Source of the DNA: Ostrea edulis
Taxonomy: Eukaryota
Direction of reading: 5' to 3'
Assembly (NCBI RefSeq): GCF_947568905.1
Contig: NC_079168.1
Span: 72,788,001 to 72,852,000 of the forward strand
DNA length: 64,000 nucleotides
Both the position numbers and the translations under genes were made by a program. The notes beneath the pieces were generated by a model, which saw only the letters and a list, made by a program, of their open reading frames with translations, had not been told where the DNA came from and ran no database searches. Shown in pieces: positions 25,785-36,520 of this stretch (positions are counted from its first letter, which is position 1; the number at the start of each line of letters is the position of its first letter).

Positions 25785-26205
25785 AACAGATCTGAAGATT
25801 GTGTATCATATTTCGATGACATTTTGAACTATCGTTTCGATGAACATCTTCATTCTCTACGTCACTGAATCTTGAGTCCCAAAACTCTGGTACATATGTA
25901 AAAGACCAGTTCTCGTGTTTTGTCTTGTTTTGCGTTTTCTCTGGTCAGAGACTACCCAAAAGGAATGCTTTTTATTGTCATTTAGAAAGACATTGTATAC
26001 ACTGAGGTTAGTATGTTTAGTGTAGGATAAGAACAATATTCTTTGATTGGCTCAAGACTCAAGAGGTCTGCAGACGGTGTCTCACCAGGTTTTTTATGCA
26101 GTCTTTGACGTTAAGGGGTCTGCAGACGATGTCTCACCAGGTTTCTAAAGCAGTCTTTGACGTTAAGGTATCCCCTTTCTGTTGGTCTTCCATGATTCAT
26201 TTAAT

Positions 26206-26460
26206 CCCTTGGGGATTTAGGTTAGAATAGATCCTCAGTATCCCCATGCTTGTTGTAAGAGGCGACTAAATGGGGCGGTCCTTCGGATGAGACCACAAAA
26301 ACCGAGGTCCCGTGTCACAGGAGGTGTGTCACGATAAAGATCCCTCCCTGCTCAAAGGTCGTAAGCACCGAACATAGGCCTAAATTTTGCAGTCCTTCAC
26401 CGGCAGTGGTGACGTCCCCATATGAGTGAAAGATTCTCGAGAGGGACGTTAAACAACATA
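26206..26460 (+). mobile_element. SINE (5'-truncated)
   Basis: Near-identical to 41341-41683 and shares a central domain (GTGTCACAG.AGGTGTG.CACGATAAAGATCCCTC) with the minus-strand SINEs that carry tRNA heads. Confidence 0.8.
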
Positions 26461-26463
26461 ATA

Positions 26464-26822
26464 TTATTAGTTACACAGTTAGTTAGTGACCTGATACGGA
26501 AAAATACATGGTGTGAAAAGAAAACCCGTATCGGGCTCGGCTTCGCCTCGCCCGATACGGGTTTTCTTTTCACACCATGTATTTTTCCGTATCAGGTCAC
26601 TAACTAACTGTGTAACGAATTTATCACGTCGAAGACCTCTAACTGTGTATATGTGGGGAGTCAAATGTCTTTCCTTTTGACACGGCTGCAAGTCGAACCC
26701 GACGATAAATAAAATTACTCGCCCAATACGGATTTTACTCGCATGATACGGTTTTTTTCACGGCGTCATGTGACCAAGATCTGACCAATTAGATTTCAAC
26801 AATTTTGTCTGAGGCGTGATAA
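26464..26822. mobile_element. Non-autonomous element with a perfect 147-bp hairpin (Crypton-like)
   Basis: 67-bp arms at 26470-26536 and 26550-26616, loop TCGGCTTCGCCTC; ends GAGGCGTGATAA. No TSD. The Crypton label comes from recalled motif similarity only. Confidence 0.6.
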
Positions 26823-27499
26823 CAATCAATCCATGATTGATTTCATTTTCTGATTACCAAACGTTCGGTCAGTGACGTCACGCCTTTCTTCCATTGTTCT
26901 TTATAGAAATACACGTGGTCGAGTGGGCCTCACATTACCCTCTCACATACAACCGCTGGTGATCATACAGATCGAACCCGGGGTTACAGCAGTGAGAAGC
27001 TCGTGTGTTAATCATTATGCTACTTGAACACCCAAACAAAATAAACACACCTATCAGACGTGTTCAGTTTACATTTTTAGAACCGTGACCAAAAACAGCG
27101 GACAAAGCAAAGATCCGCCGAACTGGCAATTCTGTCACATGACGAGGTTTACAGTGATACCTCTTTATCTCAAACTCAATGGGACCGAGAAAAAACTTCA
27201 AGATATCCAAGGGTTCGAGATATTGAGTTTAAAATACATAAAGAAAATGTATTGGAACTGATAACGCACTTCGACATATCCATGGTATTCGAGATATCGA
27301 TGTAGGAAATACCGACGTTCGACTGTATTTCGTCAAAGGAATCAGCCTGTTACACAGCTTGACTCCATCGAATATACGACAATTTACTTTTGTGTTTAAT
27401 GGAAAAGAACAAATGGTAAAAGAAAAAATTTTTATGAATTCAATTTTAATTTGGAAATCAAGCATCAAGAAAGTCCAATATTATTAAATCTACGTACGT

Positions 27500-28140
27500 C
27501 TGAATTCCTGTGTTGTATTAGGGCAACGTGGTCAGAAAATGTCAATGTTCAGCAACGAACATTATAAACGGTCTTTTAAGGTATCCTCCACAATTTTATG
27601 GAATCAGTTGCCCGAGTCTGTCAGAAGCTGTGGTTCTATTACATCTTTTAAATCAGCATATTTGTAGCATTATTACTCAAATACGTGATATATAGATATG
27701 TATATGTTTATTTCCCCCCACTGATATCGTGTGTATATTTTATGTATTATTAGTTACACAGTTAACTGTGTAACGAATTTATCACGTCGAAGACCTCTAA
27801 CTGTATATGTGGGGGGTCTATATCATACAACTTAGTCAAATGTCTTTCCTTTTGACAAGGCTGCAAGTCGAACCCGACGATAAATAAAATTACTCGCCCA
27901 ATACGGATTTTACTCGCATGATACGGTTTTTTTCACGGCGTCATGTGACCAAGATCTGACCAATTAGATTTCAACAATTTTGTCTGAGGCGTGATAAATA
28001 TTTTATATTATGTTATCTATTTTTCAATTCTCTCATTTATCTGTCTGTGAATATGTTTTATACAGGACCACAATGTAAACTAGTCATTTGTGCTAATTGT
28101 GCTATCCTGTCTAAATAAAGAATTTATTATTATTATTATT
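27500..28140 (+). mobile_element. 3' end of a CR1/L2-type LINE, interrupted by an insertion at 27747-27997
   Basis: Translates KRSFKVSSTILWNQLPESVRSCGSITSFKSAYL*, a typical LINE RT C-terminus. Ends AATAAA plus (ATT)n. Confidence 0.75.
27747..27997. mobile_element. Second copy of the 26464-26822 element, lacking the hairpin
   Basis: Same termini and body. The junction reads GTTACACAGTTAACTGTGTAAC. Confidence 0.85.
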
Positions 28141-28169
28141 ACACGCAATAAGCAATGCTAAGTCGTTTA

Positions 28170-28890
28170 TTCAGAATTCAGAACTCTACCTACTTTCTCT
28201 GACGATGAAATGGAATGGCGTTCATTTTGAGACACATTTCACAAAGCGAATCTTGCATCCCTTCAAGAATATTTAACTCATACAGAAATTACACAAGCTG
28301 AAGATGAAGTACCACGATTATTTACTTATGTTAGGCGTTCCGGGTCATTTGACAGTGAGGTTCTTTATCGTGCCGATTTGCAGTGTACTTCATCGTAGAT
28401 TCTGGTCAATCCATACCAGTCAATGTTGTCATTGTTCCATCTCTCGCAACAGCAACCCGTGTTAACAGGGAATCAAAATATTCCGTACCGAAGAACCATT
28501 ATTTCATATATCACTTCGTAATGGCGCCGACCTGTACTGGAACATATTCAATGTGTACTATCATTCGAGGATGTAGACCATCAACTGTAAGTTCAAAAAT
28601 TAGACTCCTTAGTCTCCGGTGGAACCACCACAGATACAAAGTATCGTGCAGCAGCTTACAACACTCTTACAGAGTGTACAAATCACACAGTGGAAGAAGT
28701 TGAGGTCGATGCCAAAAGCAATCCCAAAGACAAACGTAGCCATCATTAGCGTCCTGTGTCTCCCAAGATGTCAATATCGAAACAGGGCTCAAAATCTCAG
28801 ATCTAGAACTGAAACTATTAGCAACGTCGAGCACACTCTTAAAACGCCAAGTATCAAACAAACTAATCAGGGAATGAAACGCAGGCTATA
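28170..28890 (+). pseudogene. Bel/Pao LTR-retrotransposon gag/protease relic
   Basis: LPTFSDDEMEWRSF*DTF resembles DUF1759. IPVNVVIVP, FHISL..GADLYWNI and IIRGCRPSTVSSKI resemble the Pao aspartic-peptidase region. Several stops and frameshifts. Confidence 0.7.
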
Positions 28891-30368
28891 AACAGGAAGA
28901 CCTTGGATTAAAGTTGGAAAGGACTTGCATGCAGAGGACTCGTTTGCGTTAGCGAATATATATACCCAACGGAACTCTGAAGTAAATTTTTAAAACACTG
29001 TGCTGCTGCCCGGAGGATGTCGGGAAATACTATAAGTAATGAACGCCTTATGAAATCAATCAGACGTGTTTATTTTACTCCGTTGAACTGAACCTCAATT
29101 CATGTTCTTCCCTTTGTAGTGATTGTATAAGTTCCCTGTTCTTGACTTTTTCATGACAAATCCCGATTATTGGGACCTTGTTTGATGAAAAAATAACAGG
29201 AATCATGTTAAATTCATATCTATTCATATCTCTTGCACTGAAAAAAGACTACATATAGAGTTTTTATGAGGGAATTAGAAATCGACCGGTGGCTTGAGGA
29301 AACGCCTATAAATAAATTCGAGACTAGGCAGATATCTAGGCAGGTCTGGTGAACTTGATGGGTTGATTGGTTGCATCACAAGATAACTAAAATAACAACC
29401 AACTTCAATGCATTTGTTACTGTACGAGAAAACAGTGCAGTTTTGTTCCATAATTAATTTTATTTTCTGATAACCAAACGTTTGAATATTATTGCAATTT
29501 GTACTTTTCCAGAAAAGTCAAGAACAGTAAAATGCTTCCTTGTGGCTTTCATTTCATATCCCTCATGTACATGATGCAATTAGCGCAAAGTTTGTAATAA
29601 TGTTTGTCTACAATGTATCTGTACATGATCATATCTACATGTGCATATTGATAAAGTGCGCGATCATCATTTTCCTTCATGTTCAAGATACATAACGCCC
29701 TGTTGGGGGACCCAGGAGGCGAAGCCATCTTTCAGCAGTTTTAGAAGTTAAATTTAAGTTTCCAGAATAGGAGACTTACGGGAAAATATATCTGAATTCT
29801 CCTGTTTTCATCTTTTAAAATTCATATACATATATAGTGAATTGCAATGTAAGCAAAAGAAATTAAATTTTGAAGCTATTCTGCGCTGAAAAATGCATGG
29901 GTAGTCAGGTTCATCGGAGGAGGATGTACCACATTCAACATCCCAGGTAGTTATTTCTGTGTTCATTGTTCTTGACGGTTTACTACCGAACAAATCAATG
30001 AATTCCTGCTGTTTTTGAAACAAGTTTCCTCCAACACATTTTTTCAAACTGGATCATTGTGAAAACGAGAACAAAGTAGGAATTTACGATTGCTATCTGT
30101 ATAACGTACGTAGTTGTTTGAATACATTTTACAGTCAAGTTTTCCCTAAAGGTTTTGCTAAATGCACATGCGCACTTGCGTATACGTAGCTACATCCTTG
30201 TATACTCACTTTAGATTCCATCGTCTTTTGAGGGGTTAAACATTTAGTTCCTTCACAATGTACCTTTCGTTTTCTCCACTGTTCCTAGACTTAGGCGTGT
30301 GAGAAGGTGTATGATATCATAAATTATTGTGTTATACCGACATACATGTTCCCACTTCTTTGTTTATC

Positions 30369-30700
30369 GATTGATTGATTTGGGGGGGGGGGGGGGGGGC
30401 TGTTTTACGTCCCGTCGAGAATTTTTTCACTCATATTGAGACGTCACCAATTATAGGTGAAGTACCACAGGCGTGTGCTTAGCGTTCAGGGCGGTAACAG
30501 TGAGGGTTCTTAAATAACGTGCCAACACCAAACGCGACAACGGGGCCTCCGTTTTAAAGGTCATATCCGAAAGACCCGTGATTCTTACTCGTTATGCGAA
30601 GGAGCAATCACTACCTATGTTTAAGACTTTTGACGAGCGGGGCTCGAACTCACAACCCTCTGGTTACGAAGCGAATGCTCTACTACTGAGCTACCTCGAC
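30369..30700 (-). mobile_element. tRNA-derived SINE
   Basis: The minus strand starts GTCGAGGTAGCTCAGTAGTAGAGC...GAGTTCGAGCCCC (A and B boxes) and ends in an (AATC)n tail. Confidence 0.85.
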
Positions 30701-31355
30701 TGGTAGGGTCGTCGATATTCACGTTGTCTACAAAAGATATGTTTACAGAAGATATACTGACATATGACTGAAATATCGCCACCTCTATTCAAAACCCCCA
30801 AAATACTAAAAATACACTACTGACCTCTTGTATTGCTCAAGGAACGGTATCTAGCATCTTAAACGTAATGCATACTACGTAGGTATGTGTGGTTGGATAA
30901 AATGGCTGAAATACTGCCAAAACGGCGTAAAACCATAATCAATCAATCATGTATACACTACCTATCGCGGAAACATACAGACGCCCGTATCACATGTATC
31001 CTCCATCGCATTTTCAAATGATAGATCAGTGAATATTTAGAGAAACACGCCTTGTAAGTTCACATTTTCCTGATCTTGCTTTTAAGTATAACGCTAGCTC
31101 ATGTGTACTTTCGGTGTTTTTTTTTTAATGTCAATTAGCGAAATGTGTGCACAGCCTTGACAAAACTACCTAAAACAAAGATATTTTTAAAAAATTGGCT
31201 AGTAAAACTTATTAGACAGTCAGAAAGGACATATCGAGTACGCTATTAACACCCAAGGAGTATTGGAGCATTCTTAATCATTCTAATAATCCAAGTAAAC
31301 AGTAGATGTTAATGTATTGTATACTTTTTCAAAGCAACAAATAAATATGAAAATA

Positions 31356-31629
31356 GATATTAACGTGCTAACAACTCAACTATATGTCAAACGGGATAAA
31401 TTCAGCTTTTCCATCGTCAACTTCCCATATTTATGTAGCACTATTCCATCATCACCTGTATATGGTATTTATATCATTCAACTGAATCGATATGCAAGAG
31501 CTTGTTCTGCGTATGATCAGTTTTTAAATCAAGACACGCTACTCACACAAGTTGATGTTACAGGGGTTTTAACAATCTCGTTTAAAGTCAGCATTTCGCA
31601 AATCAATGATCTAGTTTGCTAATACAACT
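31356..31629 (+). mobile_element. Penelope-like retroelement fragment
   Basis: LTTQLYVKRDKFSFSIVNFPYLCSTIPSSPVYGIYIIQLNRYARAC (ORF 31317-31622). Confidence 0.75.
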
Positions 31630-32407
31630 AATGTACGAAGACTCGGGAGAAAAACTATTCCATTTTTTAAAAAAATTCTTAATACAGGGAATAAATTGGA
31701 ATTGTAAGAATCAAAGAGATTCTGTGTCTATGAGAGAGTTATGCATGTTCATTTTTTTTTAAATCAATAATATTGTCTGTTCTCCTGATTTTCTCTCTGT
31801 TTGACCCATATGTTATTGTGTGTATGTAAATACGTTTTACGTACCTCATGTACTATTCCATGATTTGGGTGAAATAAACTGAGCTGAGTTGTTTTGATAA
31901 GTATATAATTAATGATGACCCAATTCCCTATACATTTATTACACCTTTTGAATTACTAGCGTTCACTTCTAATACTAGCAGTGAATTGTGTATTACCACT
32001 GTAGGACAAAAATTATGCTATTTTACATTCGTAGAATATACATCTATTGTAAATGTCTGATTGGTTCATGGGGAGGGTTAAATAATTTCGTTTCCATTGT
32101 TTTCTGTTTACGAAAATCTTATATTACTTTTCAACAAACGCAATCCGTAAATGATTAACCTCCATCTATGTGACCCACTTCTGAAAAACATCAAATCCTT
32201 TTGAAAATAATGTACATCGTAGGGGGATTCGCACCGTAATCACCTGTAATTCTTTCTCGGTAAGCAGGACTGGAGAAAGCAGCGGTATATAAATGATTCT
32301 TATTTCTTTCTTCTGAACGTCAACATAAAGTTGTGTCAAACAAAAACAAAATAATGCAGCTGTACATAGTGTGCTACAAAATCAACCCCAAAACAATAAA
32401 CCAAGAC

Positions 32408-32411
<4 letters not shown>

Positions 32412-32482
<71 letters not shown>
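32412..32482. repeat. (GA)n microsatellite
   Basis: About 35 GA units. Confidence 0.98.
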
Positions 32483-32486
<4 letters not shown>

Positions 32487-32741
32487 AAAAACGACAGAAA
32501 GATATTGTTGATAACACAATTGTGTAAGAAATCGAGAGAAAAGCATATTTTAATCTAGTTTTTTAGGAGTTCAAGAATACATGTATTTGAAAGAAGACAA
32601 GATGCAAATATTTCCATCACATACACTTACGAAATTAAGGTAGTACTCTCCATCGTCATAATGGCTGACTTCCTTTAAAAACATGGATGAAAAAATCGAT
32701 ATCAGCAATATTTGACTTTTCCTTTTCTTTTTAAATAACTA

Positions 32742-32810
32742 GCCGAGTAGCTCAGTAGGTAAGAATAACGACTGCTGAACTGTAGGTCGCAGGTTCGAAT
32801 CCAGCAGGGG
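32742..32810 (+). other. tRNA-like sequence (Pol III A/B boxes), not a foldable tRNA gene
   Basis: TAGCTCAGTAGG (A box) and GGTTCGAATCC (B box), but no pairing acceptor stem. Confidence 0.6.
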
Positions 32811-33444
32811 TTTTAAATTTTTTCCAGATTACCTTCTACTAAAACTGTAGCTTTTGACAAAATAAAGTAAATTTGAAAATTTTCAACTTTAAAATATTGT
32901 TGTACATTTCCTCGACTTTTCATCTACATCAAATTTCTCTGGTGTAGCATACATCCTTAAGAAATCAATTTCATTTATTATTTTTAAATTTCGGAACTTC
33001 TGAAAAGTACGCAGGCTAGAAGAGTTGCAGTTCATACCTTCATGCATTTTCAAAAAAATGAAAATTGATATATGAAATAAAATAGACGTACCATTCAGAT
33101 CCACACCTGCATTGTTCACAACTGCAACGCAGTCATGCGGAAATGGTTGTCAGTTCAAGATGTAAGGATATCAAAGGCAAAAACATTGGAGAAAACATCA
33201 ATAAAGGAATGAATTACAGTCCACAAGATCCTCAGTAAACGAACGTCAACAACCTGTAATGTGGAATCACCCGTGATGGCGAAGTAAATGACCCGCACAT
33301 AAAGAAACCACATGTTGAAACATGAAAGTCTTTTATTTTTCCATTGCCAAGTTCTATGGTGTGACGTACGGACGGATACCAACAGACGCGTACACAGATA
33401 TCCCCAAACGTTTCTGAACAATGTAGGGGACACAACAAAGACCC

Positions 33445-34012
33445 TAGTCCGAAATATCTGACGTTTTTCATGATTTTGATATTTACCGTGCCAGGAAAAC
33501 GTCAGAACCGGCGCCATTACGTAAACTGGAAATTCTTCGCCTCGAGCTGGATGCGACATTCTCGGACCGATTTTAAATACTTGCGAGCCGAATTTAATGT
33601 TAAAATCATAATTAATCAATAAAACGATGCTTCTTGTACTTACTAATATCGATTTTATGGGTTCTTTAATCACATAAACAGTCTCATTAAAACATTTTAA
33701 CAAACTGTCGAGCTGTATTGAGTCACGTGAATCGTTCGCTCAAATGACTGCGAAAGTATTCGGTTGACTACAATTGTGTGCTTCTGTTTTCGAATTTTGG
33801 AGTTGTATTTTCTTTTAATCGATATTAGTAAGTACAATAAGCATCGTTTTATTGATTAATTATGAGTTTAACATTAAATTCGGCTCGCAAGTATTTAAAA
33901 TGGGCCCGAGAATGCCGCCTCCAGCTGGAGCCGGTGAATTTCCAGTTTACGTAATGGCGCCGGTTCTCAAAATCATAAAAAAAGCCAGAAAAACGTCAGA
34001 TATTTCGGACTA
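33445..34012. mobile_element. 568-bp MITE with ~200-bp TIRs and a 9-bp TSD (Mutator/MULE-like)
   Basis: TIRs start TAGTCCGAAATATCTGACG. TSD CAAAGACCC at 33436-33444 and 34013-34021. Confidence 0.85.
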
Positions 34013-34090
34013 CAAAGACCCTTACTATGACATTTATTACATTAAGTATTTTTATGTAACCATGAGTGTAACAATTTCTATTACAGTTCT

Positions 34091-34423
34091 TTGCTTGTTT
34101 GTTTTATATCCTGTCTGTGATTTTTCACTCATATTGAGATGAAAATTGTTGTAGGTGAAATTATACCTATGCTTAGCGCTTACGGCTGTAGCATTGAGGG
34201 TTTTTACCGTGCCAACATCTGCCGCGACACGGGACCTTCGTTTTTAAGGTTATTACTGAAAGACCCGTGATTCTCACTTCTAAATACTGAGCGTTTGGCG
34301 AAGGAACAATCACTACCTATGCCTATGTTTACAACTTAGGCTTGACGCGGCCGAGGCACGAACGGGGCTCGAACTCACGACCTCCCGATTACTAAGCGAA
34401 CGCTCTCACTGAGCTACCGCGAC
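34091..34423 (-). mobile_element. tRNA-derived SINE
   Basis: Homologous to 30369-30700; head GTCGCGGTAGCTCAGTGAGAGCG...GAGTTCGAGCCCCG on the minus strand. Confidence 0.85.
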
Positions 34424-34677
34424 TCTTGCATAATTTTTAACGTAAACCGTTACCAAATGTTTAAAGTAATTTAGGTACATTTACAGCAAGGCTTTATGTC
34501 GTCATCGCTAGCCAAGGGATCCGACCTGCCCCTCTCATCTTCACTTGAAGAAGTGAATTTTGGCTAGTAAAGATACGGACCCTTCTGTGTACGTGCCGGG
34601 GGTGGGGGTGGGGTGGGGTGGGGTGGGGGGGGGGGGGTGGGGGGTGATATTACCCATAACTGTCTACATGCCCGTTT

Positions 34678-35169
34678 CAGGCTGTCCAGCGGCCCTAAAA
34701 TTCCTAAAAATTCCTAATTTTTTTCAGTTTTGCTAAAATTCCTAAAAAAATGTAAAATTCAAGGGGAAATCCTAAAAAAGCCCTTATTTTTCATGTCAAT
34801 TCCTACTTTTTTATCAGTCTTGAAAAATCAAAATGCATTCATACAAAATGTGTGTTATTAACGTAGATTGCAGTTCTTATTCAGATAATGCTGATGCAGT
34901 GAAAGGCAGTTGACCTGTGGATCCATGTGTCAAACTTGTTTATTGGTTGTGACTTTGTGATAAAGAGTTGAGATTTATGTAACATCTTATTTGTGTGTCA
35001 TGTGAGTTTCTTTATTGTCAAATTTGACAAGGTAAGTCCTTTTAAATAATTAAAACTTCCGCAATTTGGTTAAAAATTCATAATTTTAGCCCTAATTTAG
35101 CCCTAATTTTTAAAAAATTTACCCCTAAAATTTGCCCTTATTTTTGGTCCAAGGGTGCTGGACAGCCTG
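34678..35169. mobile_element. 492-bp MITE with 13-bp TIR CAGGCTGTCCAGC and an apparent 6-bp TSD
   Basis: CCGTTT at 34672-34677 and 35170-35175. Internal CCTAAAA/CCTAAT subterminal repeats. Confidence 0.8.
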
Positions 35170-35913
35170 CCGTTTCCAAAATCGTTTGCGACGAAGCCTT
35201 ATTCTGGAGATTTCAAAAATAAACACGGGTATTATCAACCCCTATTAAGAGTGTAAAATTTTATTCTTACTCTTCGTTCAGATAAGACTGAATCCATAGA
35301 ATATTTCATTACGGAGTGCGCTTTGTCAGACGTTCTATGAACTTTTACACATAAAAAATAATTAAGGCAAAATTAGGTTATTCATGTATTTACTCCTTTA
35401 GAGGATTATTTGTTTTTTACTTTGATGTGAACAGAAATTACAATAGGGGCATTCTGAAAGAGATGACATAGGAAAAGAGAAAGTCATATTTCTAGCTTTC
35501 TATTCTGCAAAATCAGTCCATTCCAAATACTGTAGGTGCAGTGTAGTGCAGTGTGCTAACAAGTATTAGACTTTAAATCATATAGAAGAAAACAGAACAG
35601 TTATAAGAACGGTAATATTTATCAGGCCTGTGCAAGTTATTAAGATATCTTTTAAATACTTTTTTCGGAGTTACGACCAATGGATGTAGAAAATGTCATA
35701 GAGTGTATATTTTGGGAGACTTCTTCCTCCATGCGTACAGATATGGGACTAATTTTAGTGTGTGGTTGAAAATTTATGAGTTTCAGATAAGTTAATTGGA
35801 TTCAATGAGCAGAGAATTTCATGAAATTTTGTAGATTTGTCATCACTTGCAGATAGCCCCAGATCACCTTTCTGTACTGATTCAATTCGGTTATCGTACT
35901 CTCAGAAGCAATG

Positions 35914-36130
35914 GAAACTGAAACTGAAACTAGTTTATTTGATTAAACACCTATTTTTGCATGCGCTGTACCATAGGTGAGCAAATGAAATTATTTACTT
36001 ATGATTATATATAAAAGTTGTGTGTAGAACAATGAAATACTAAGTCTATAACTTGCTCTTGGTTAAATCCCTGGATTCAGACTGTCCTTCACCCAAGGGT
36101 AAGTTGTTCCACAGTTACAAAAACTCCGGA
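35914..36130 (-). mobile_element. 3' end of a CR1/L2-type LINE
   Basis: The minus strand reads LWNNLP...SKL*, then AATAAA and an (AGTTTC)n tail. Confidence 0.65.
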
Positions 36131-36357
36131 AGTTTTTCATTTTTCAAATTAAACTATATGTATGCGCTAGTCGCTCTGCTTTTGGAATTTCGGGAAGAGC
36201 ACAATCTTGGATTTGGAGTCCATTATATATATATATTTTATAATATGTATATATAAAAATTCTGGCCTAAGTAGGTAAATACAAACAAGAAATATTACAT
36301 TTAGTATATATATATATAGTTTGTAAAAAAGAATTCGGTATTTGATACAGTAAATAC

Positions 36358-36520
36358 ATCCAATAATAAAAGTCAAGAAACACAAAACTCGAATAACATT
36401 TCACTCTTAGCGCTTTCGGCTTTAATGCCTCTTCAGACAGTCTGAAGAGGCATTAAAGCCGAAAGCGCTAACAGTAAAATGTTATTCGAGTTTTGTGTTT
36501 CTTGACTTTTATTATTGGAT
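36358..36520. repeat. 163-bp near-perfect palindrome (81-bp arms)
   Basis: 36358-36438 is the reverse complement of 36440-36520 apart from two mismatches. (TA)n lies on the right flank. Confidence 0.95.
36437..36475 (+). ncRNA. Minimal type I hammerhead ribozyme motif (Penelope-type); a mirror copy lies on the minus strand
   Basis: ACAGU-CUGAAGA-GGC(AUUAAA)GCC-GAAA-GCGC-UA^ACAGU: full catalytic core, 3-bp stem II, palindromic GCGC in place of stem III, stem I 4/5 paired. Confidence 0.7.

Noticed and set aside
29808-30047. 79-aa minus-strand ORF with an upstream AG
   Set aside because: No family motif and no compatible partner exons found.
32742-32810. Functional tRNA gene
   Set aside because: A and B boxes are present but the acceptor stem does not pair; recorded only as tRNA-like.
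33155-33703. 182-aa minus-strand ORF
   Set aside because: It crosses the boundary of a MITE and a HINE-like 3' end, so it is a chance frame; its N-terminal half is mirrored by ORF 33852-34142 because of the TIRs.
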